DNA of 64,000 bases from the human T2T-CHM13v2.0 reference genome, Homo sapiens, in assembly GCF_009914755.1 (NCBI RefSeq), contig NC_060943.1; one strand, 5' to 3'. The translations under genes were made by a program, and so were the position numbers. The first letter of the stretch is position 1. Every line of letters starts with the position of its first letter. Shown here in pieces: positions 47,015 through 64,000 of this stretch. Under the pieces are notes generated by a model. It did no database searches, had not been told where the DNA came from, and saw only the letters and a program-made list of their open reading frames with translations.

Positions 47015-47395
47015 GTTTCCTGATGTTTTGGCATCTTGAGCCTTGCTAATGCCGGAAAGACAGCTTCTCCCAGGGTTTGCCGATTTCTTCAGGGTTAGCT
47101 AATTTGTTGGAGAGTTTGCAAACAACTGGCTTGTCCAAGAGCACACGGTTCCTATGGAAAGCTCACACCCCACAACCACCTTTTTTGCAGAGCTGTGACA
47201 ATCCAAGCCTGTTGCCCTGACCTGATTACTTTAGGGCCATGTGCCAGGCAATTAGGGACAGCACGTATGCCCCAGAGCCTGGAGAAATTATTCAAAATAG
47301 CCCGTGGCAACTTTCATCTGCCTCACTGTGCCTGTCCCATGGAAACTATAATAAAGGCTCTTACCCACATTTTCTCCTGCTCTCTCCGCCTCCTT
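47015..47395 (+). mobile_element. Probable ERV LTR fragment (MER39-like)
   Basis: Recalled motifs (ccccagagcct...ttattcaaa; aataaaggctctt); family uncertain. Confidence 0.45.
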
Positions 47396-47695
47396 TTTTT
47401 TTTTTTGAGACGGAGTCTGCTTCTGTTGCCCAAGCTGGAGTGCAGTGGTGCAATGTCAGCTCACTGCCACCTCCGCCTCCCAGATTCAGTGATTCTCCTG
47501 TCTCAGCCTCCTGAGTAGCTGGGATTACAGGCAGCCGCCACCATGCCCGGCTAATTTTTGTATTTTTAGTAGAGATGGGGTTTCACCATGTTGGCCAGGC
47601 TGGTCTCAAACGCCTGACCTCAGGTGATCTGCCTGCGTCGGCCTCCCAAAGTGCTGGGATTACAGGCGTGAGCCACTGCCCCAGGTCTCTCTCTC

Positions 47696-47726
<31 letters not shown>

Positions 47727-48455
47727 AGAACAGGGTCTTGCTCTGTTGCCCAAGCTGGTATGCAGTGGTGCAATCATAACTCACTGCGGCCTTGACTTCC
47801 TGGGCCCAAGCAATCCTCTCACCTCAGCCTCCCAAGTAGCTGGGACCATGGGGCATACACCATCATGGCCAGCGTGTAAAAATGGGATCTTGCTATGTTG
47901 CCCAGGCTGGTCTCGAACTCCTGGCCTCAAGCAATTCTCCCACCTTGGCCCCCCACAGTGTTGGGATTACAGGTGAGAGCCACTGTGTCTGGCCTCCTGC
48001 TACATTTTAAAATAAGAAGCAGGGGCCGGGCGTGGTGGCTCACGCCTGTAATCCCAGCACTTTGGGAGGCCGAGGCGGGAGGATCACGACGTCGGGAGAT
48101 CGAGACCATCCTGGCTAATGCGGTAAAACCCCGCCTCTACTAAAAATACAGAAAAATTAGCCGGGCGTGGTGGTGGGCGTCTTTAGTACCAGCTACTGGG
48201 GAGGCTGAGGCGGGAGAATGGCGTGAACCCGGAAGGCGGAGCTTGCAGTGAGCCGAATCGTGCCATGCACTCCAGCCTGACGAGACTCTGTCTCAAAAAA
48301 ATAAATAAATAAATATAAAATAAAATAAGAAGCAGGTCAGGCACAGTGGCTCATGCCTGTAATCCTAGCACTTTGGGAGGCTGAGACAGGCAGATCACCT
48401 GAGGTCAGGAGTTTGAGACCAGCCTGGCCAACATGATGAAACCCTGTCTCTACTA

Positions 48456-49238
<783 letters not shown>

Positions 49239-49321
49239 TAAATAAACTTCCTAAATTGATTGAGACCTGACTCAGATACTTTGAGTTTACACAGCTCAAT
49301 TCATATCTGTTCATGCATTAA

Positions 49322-49876
<555 letters not shown>

Positions 49877-49989
49877 TAATCCACCCGCCTCGGCCTCCCA
49901 AAGTGCTGGGATTATAGGCATAAGCCACTGCACCCGGCCTAAATGAATGGATTTTCTGCTCCTGTTCAGGGGCTTGGGTAAAGCTGTCA

Positions 49990-50403
<414 letters not shown>

Positions 50404-50462
50404 TCATAAGGTCAGGAGATCGACACCATCCTGGCTAGCACGGTGAAACCCCGTCTCTACTA

Positions 50463-50678
<216 letters not shown>

Positions 50679-51181
50679 TCATAGGGAGCGGGATTCTGGG
50701 CGTGGGCTATGCCATATTTCACAGGGGTGTCAGCGGGGTTGGGAGCTCCGGGAATTGCCCTCAAGTCACAGGTTCCTGCTTTGTGGGTCCTGAGGCTTCC
50801 CTCTGCCAAGGAAAATTCGGGATTTCTTTCTGCTAATGTCTGGGATCATTGGCCACTGCCCAGGCTGCCTCAGTTTCCCCTGGGAGACCAAAAACACAAG
50901 GGTGGGGGAAGCCACAGAGCACGGGGTTTGCAGCACCTTTCTCAGCAGGTCAGGGGCCTCTTGTGACTGGATGAGGCTATTTTGCCTACCCTGAATTCAC
51001 ACTAGGAGAAAATCGTGCCTTTCCCGGAGTATTTACCCACCAAAGAGGAGTAGGGCTGTGAACAGCGTCCGGAGTGAGGTGTCCAGGTATGAATTATGTC
51101 TCTGGCCACATGACACTAGACAAATTTAGAGATTCCCCCTAAGCCTCAGTTTTCTCATCTGTGACATGAGAGAAATAATAC

Positions 51182-51856
<675 letters not shown>

Positions 51857-51964
51857 TTTGCTTCTGGAGAGGATGGTGTAGGTTAAATGAGATGTTGGTG
51901 GATAACCCTTAGCAGAGGGGCTGGCATGATCCATTGTGGACCCTATAAATAGCCTAGAAAATTA

Positions 51965-52254
<290 letters not shown>

Positions 52255-52293
52255 TTAGCCAGGCATGATGGCAAGTGCCTGTAATCCCAGCTA

Positions 52294-52495
<202 letters not shown>

Positions 52496-52639
52496 TCAGC
52501 CCAGGAGTTCAAAGCTGCATTGAGCTATGATTGGGCCACTGCACTCCAGCCTGGGCAACAGAGTGAGACCCTGTCTTAATAATAAAAATACAGAAAGAAA
52601 AAGAAATGACAGTGTGTGGAGGAGCTCATAGAGGAGAGA

Positions 52640-55185
<2,546 letters not shown>

Positions 55186-55232
55186 TAGCCAGGATGGTCT
55201 TGATCTCCTGACCTCGTGATCTGCCCACCTCA

Positions 55233-55983
<751 letters not shown>

Positions 55984-56473
55984 TTATAGCTAACTGCAAC
56001 CTCGACCACTGCGGCTCATGTGATCCTCCTGCATCAACCTCCTGAGTAGCTGGGACTACAGGTGCACACAACCACACCCAGTTAATTTTTAAAGTTTTTG
56101 TAGAGATGAGGTCTCAATATGTTGCCAGAGCTGGTCTCAAACTCCTGGGCTCAAGGAGTTCAAAAGTTACGAAAATTATAAGTTACCTTTTTGAGAGAGA
56201 GAGAAAGTCTTGCTATGTTGCCCAGGCTGGAGTGCGGTGGTTATTCACAGACAGGATCATGGCACACTACAGCCTTGAACTCCTGGGCTCAAATGGTCCT
56301 CCTGCCTCAGCCTCCCAAGTAACTGAGAATACAGGTACATGCCCAGCTAAAAGTTACTTTAATTAAAGGTAACTATCTAGGCCGGGCACAGTGGCTCACG
56401 CCTGTAATCCCAGCACTTTCGGAGGCCGAGGCGGGCGGATCACGAGGTCAGGAGATCGAGACCATCCTGGCTA

Positions 56474-56710
<237 letters not shown>

Positions 56711-56773
56711 TCATGCCTATAATTTCAGAACTTTGGGAGGCTGAGGCAGGCAGATCACGAGGTCAGGAGATCA

Positions 56774-57013
<240 letters not shown>

Positions 57014-57285
57014 CTAAAACCGTATCTTTATCACTGCCCTATAACTCTATATAGATTCTTGGCTACTAAGCCAATAGCTGGGATGATATAAATGTAATGC
57101 AGCTGCTATCTGAATAACAAGCATGGAAAAGTGAATATGTGTGTGTGCAGATAATGCTCTACAAACATACAACTTATGACATTTTCTGTAACCATAATCA
57201 ATTTCTTGTAGTTCAGTGAGTTGACCCCCTTCATGATCAGTGTTAGGGGCATGTGAAAGAGGTGATTGGTTGATTGATTGATTGA

Positions 57286-57574
<289 letters not shown>

Positions 57575-58337
57575 TGACCAAAGAGGTGTATTATTCTTTT
57601 GCAATTTCCTTTTAACCAGCTGGTTTTGTTATCTACTTCTGATTATGTCGCTGATACAGGCCATTTTCTGTTATCAGATCAAAAAGCAGCAAAGCCAGGC
57701 ATAGTAGTGCACAACTATAGTCTCAGCTACTCAGGAGCCTGATGGGAGAATTGCTTGAGCCCAGATTGAGGCCACATTGAGCTGAGATGGCACTACCATA
57801 CTCTAGCCTGGGTGACAGAGCGAGACCCTGTCTCAATTAAAAAAAGAAAAGAAAAGAAACAGGCCAGGCGCGGTGTCTCACGCCTGGAATCCCAGAACTT
57901 TAGGAGGCCGAGGCGGGTGGATCATTTGAGGTCAGGAGTTTGAGACCAGCCTGGCCAACATGGTGAAACCCTGTCTGTACTAAAAATACAAAAATTAGCC
58001 AGATATGGTGGCAGGCGCCTGTAATCCCAGCTACACAGGTTGCTGAGGCAGGAGAATCGCTTGAACCCAGGAGGCAGACAGAGGTTGCAGTGAGCCGAGA
58101 TTGCGCCATTGCACTCCAGCCTAGGTGACAGAGTGAGACTCCATCTCAAAAAACAAACAAACAAAGAAAACACAAAACTTTTATGGAATTCCAGAATCCT
58201 TTCTTCCTTCACTACTTCCTCTACTTTTGCTCTATTTCAAATTATTTATTTTTGACCTCATAATTTTTTGTGTGTGGATGGGTAGGCAGAATGAATTAAC
58301 AGTACAAATCTTACCTCAAAGACTAGCTATAAAATAA

Positions 58338-58775
<438 letters not shown>

Positions 58776-59248
58776 TAAGCTTAAGAGCAGAGGGCAAAAT
58801 GGTCAAGCAATGTACTGAGTTGTCTCTCTTTAAAACTTAAAGAGGAATTCTTAGCCAGGTGCTGTGGCTCATGCCTGTAATCCCAGCACTTTGGGAGGCC
58901 AAGGTGAGAGAATCACTTGAGCCCAGGAGTTTGAGACCAACTTGGGCAATGTAGTGAGACCACATCTCTGCAAAAAATAAAAATTAGCTGGGTATGGTCG
59001 CACATGCCTGTAATCCCACCTACTTGGGAAGCTGAGGTGGGAGGATCACTTGAACCCAGGAGGCTGAGGCTTCTGTGAGCTATGATAGTTCCACTGCACC
59101 CCAGCCTGGGCAACACAGTAAGACTCTATCTCTAAAAAAGAAAAGAGAATGAGACATCTTTTGTCTATTTTAATCTAACCTTTTTTTTTTTTTCCTGAAG
59201 ACTCTTACCCCAGCTTGCAGCTTTTTTTTTTTTTTTTTTTTTTTTTGA

Positions 59249-59539
<291 letters not shown>

Positions 59540-59881
59540 TAGCATAAATTTCAGGCTTCTGGTGAGCTCTTGGCAACATGTACCAAGAATCATAACGTGT
59601 TTGCCTTTTTCCAGCCAGTATTTCCACTGCTGGGAATCCATGAGAAAGAAATATGAGAAATAGGCAAATATTTACATATAACAATGCTTCTGTTATTGTT
59701 ATTTTAATATTCAGTTAGTGCAAAGCCTGAGGTATCCGGTACGCTGTGTACAATCACGTGATAAGATCCAATATGCAGTTATGAAAAATGTTTGTAGATT
59801 TTCTTTAACAATATGTAAAATATTTTCATACTATTTTTACAGAAAAAAGCAGGATATTGGGAGGCCAAAGCAGGCGGATCA

Positions 59882-60172
<291 letters not shown>

Positions 60173-60864
60173 TTAAAAATTTTGTTGCCTATATGGCCAG
60201 GAGTGGTGGCTCACGCCTGTAATCCCAGCACTTTGCGAGCCGAGGTGGGTGGATCACTTGAGGCCAGGAGTTCGAGATCAGCCTGGGCAACATGGTGAAA
60301 CCCCATCTCTACTAAAAATACAAAAATTAGCCGGGCGTGGTGGTGCATGCCTGTAATGCCAGCTACTCGGGAGGGTGAGGCATGAGAAGTGCTTGAGTCC
60401 GGGAAGTGGAGGTTGCAATAAGCTGAGATTACACCGCTGTGCTCCACCCTGGGTGACAAAGCAAGACTGACTCAAAAAAAAAAAAAAAAAAAAAAAGATG
60501 TTTCCTATATAGCAACAGGAAATCTCACTCTTTGCTGAGAGAAATGCCAAACAGTACAGCCACTCTAGAAGACAGTGTGACAGCTTCTTACAAAACTAAA
60601 CATACTCTTACCATATAACCAATTAATTTCACTCCTAGATATTTACCCAAACGAGTTGAAAGCTCATGTCTACAAGAAAACCCGCACATGGGCCAGGTGC
60701 AGTGGCTCATACCCGTAATCCCAACACTTTGGGAGACCGAGGCGGGCAGATCACGAGGTCAGGAGTTCAAGACCAGCCTGGCCAATATGGTGAAACCCTG
60801 TCTCTACTAAAAATACAAAAATTAGCTGCGCGTGGTGGCATGTGCCTGTAGTCCCAGCTACTCA

Positions 60865-61005
<141 letters not shown>

Positions 61006-61083
61006 TCATGCCTGTAATCCCAGCACTTTGGGAGGCCGAGGCGGGAGGATCACGAAGTCAGGAGATCGAGACCATCCTGGCTA

Positions 61084-61512
<429 letters not shown>

Positions 61513-61940
61513 CTAGGAGTTCCAGGTCAGACTGGGGGACAGAGAAAGACCATGTCTCTAAATAAATTAATTTAAATTACAATATATTTTTTCTTTTCTT
61601 TTCTTCTAACACAGAATCTCACTCTTGTCACCCAGGCTGGAGTGCAGTAGTGCTATCTTAGCTCAGTGCAGCCTCCGCTTCCCAGGTTCAAGCAATTCTG
61701 CCTCAGCCTCCTGAGTAGCTGGGACTACAAGTGCGTGCCACCACGCCCGGCTAATTTTTGAATTTTTAGTAGAAACAGGGTTCCAACAAGTTTGCCAGGC
61801 TGGTCTCGAACTCCTGACTTCAAGTGATCTGCCCACCTTGGCCTCCCAAAGTGCTGGAATTACAGGTGTAAGCCACTGTGACCAGCCTAAAAAAATTTTT
61901 TAATTATCCAGGCATGATGGTGCACCTGTAATCCCAGCTA

Positions 61941-62048
<108 letters not shown>

Positions 62049-62271
62049 CTAAAAAAACATATAACTAGCCGAGCAAAACTCCTTCTCAAAAAAAAAAAAA
62101 AAAAAAAAAGTGAGCCCTAATGTAGGCTGTGGACTCGGGGTGATGAGGACGGGTCCCTGGAGATTCATCAAGTATAACCAATGCACCACTCTAGTGGCGG
62201 ACATTGATAAGGAGGAGGCTGGGCTTGGGGAGCAGGGTAGATATATGGGAAATCTCTGTACTTTCCACTCA

Positions 62272-63050
<779 letters not shown>

Positions 63051-63472
63051 CTAAATTATGGCGACAGAGAGCCGATCAGTGGTTGTCAAGGAGAAGGAAG
63101 GAAGGATGTGACTCCTAACGGGCAGTGTAAGGGAATTTTACGGGGTGATGAAGTTGTTCTTTTTCTTTCTTTCTTTCTTTCTTTTTTTTTATTTGAGACA
63201 GAGTCTCGCTCTGTCACCCAGGCTGGAGTGCAGTGGATCTCGGCTCACTGCAACCTCCATCCCCTGGGTTCAAGCAATTCTCCTGCCTCAGCCCCCCGAG
63301 GACCTGGAACCACAGGTGTGCGCCACCATGCCTGGCTAATTTTTGTATTTTTAATAGAGACGGGGTTTCACCACATTGGCCAGGCTGGTCTCAAACTCCT
63401 GACCTCAGGTGATCCACCTGCATCAGCCTCGCAAAGTTCTGGGATTACAGGCATGAGCCACCCCATCCAGCA

Positions 63473-63504
<32 letters not shown>

Positions 63505-63505
63505 T

Positions 63506-63542
<37 letters not shown>

Positions 63543-63543
63543 A

Positions 63544-63681
<138 letters not shown>

Positions 63682-64000
63682 TAGGTCATTTTTGTATTTT
63701 TGATAGAGATGGGGTTTCCCCACGTTGGCCGGGCTGCTCTTGAACTCCTGACCTTATGTGATCCGCTGGACTCGGCCTCTCAAAGTGCTGGCGTTACAGG
63801 CATGAGCCACAGCGCCCAGCCAGATTTTAATTTTTTTTTTTATAGATAGGGTCTCACTACATTGCCCAGGCTGGACTCCAACTCCTAGGTTCAAGCAATG
63901 CCGCCTCGGCCTCCCAAAGTGCTGGGATTACAGGTATGAGGTGCTGCATCCAGCCTAAAAAATTGATTTAATGCAAAAAAAAAAAGAAAATCCTGGTGCC

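Overview
Human (primate) genomic DNA, very Alu-dense. Positions ~250-28,700 hold the 5' part of FBN3 (fibrillin-3) on the minus strand. It comprises a CpG-island promoter with non-coding first exon(s) and 24 coding exons bounded by GT-AG that join in frame (3,211 nt: signal peptide, furin site RVRRR, EGF1-3, hybrid 1, cbEGFs, TB1, Pro/Gly-rich region, TB2, hybrid 2, TB3). A 25th, intact cbEGF2 cassette exon has a weak donor. The gene continues beyond the left edge. The upstream ~35 kb is intergenic, with nested L1/LTR/Alu/DNA-transposon remnants and a heavily Alu-fragmented ALG11 processed pseudogene (+ strand, ~52.6-55.0 kb, possibly with its 3' UTR to ~60.2 kb). Notable oddities are: two non-Alu inverted repeats bracketing the FBN3 promoter, several short templated local duplications, a cbEGF+TB2 exon fusion, a ~21-bp intronic VNTR, an LTR promoter facing FBN3, and an AluYa5. 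I found no convincing novel protein-coding system; most ORFs in the track are Alu or low-complexity artefacts. All comparisons to known genes and repeat consensi are from recall, not database searches.
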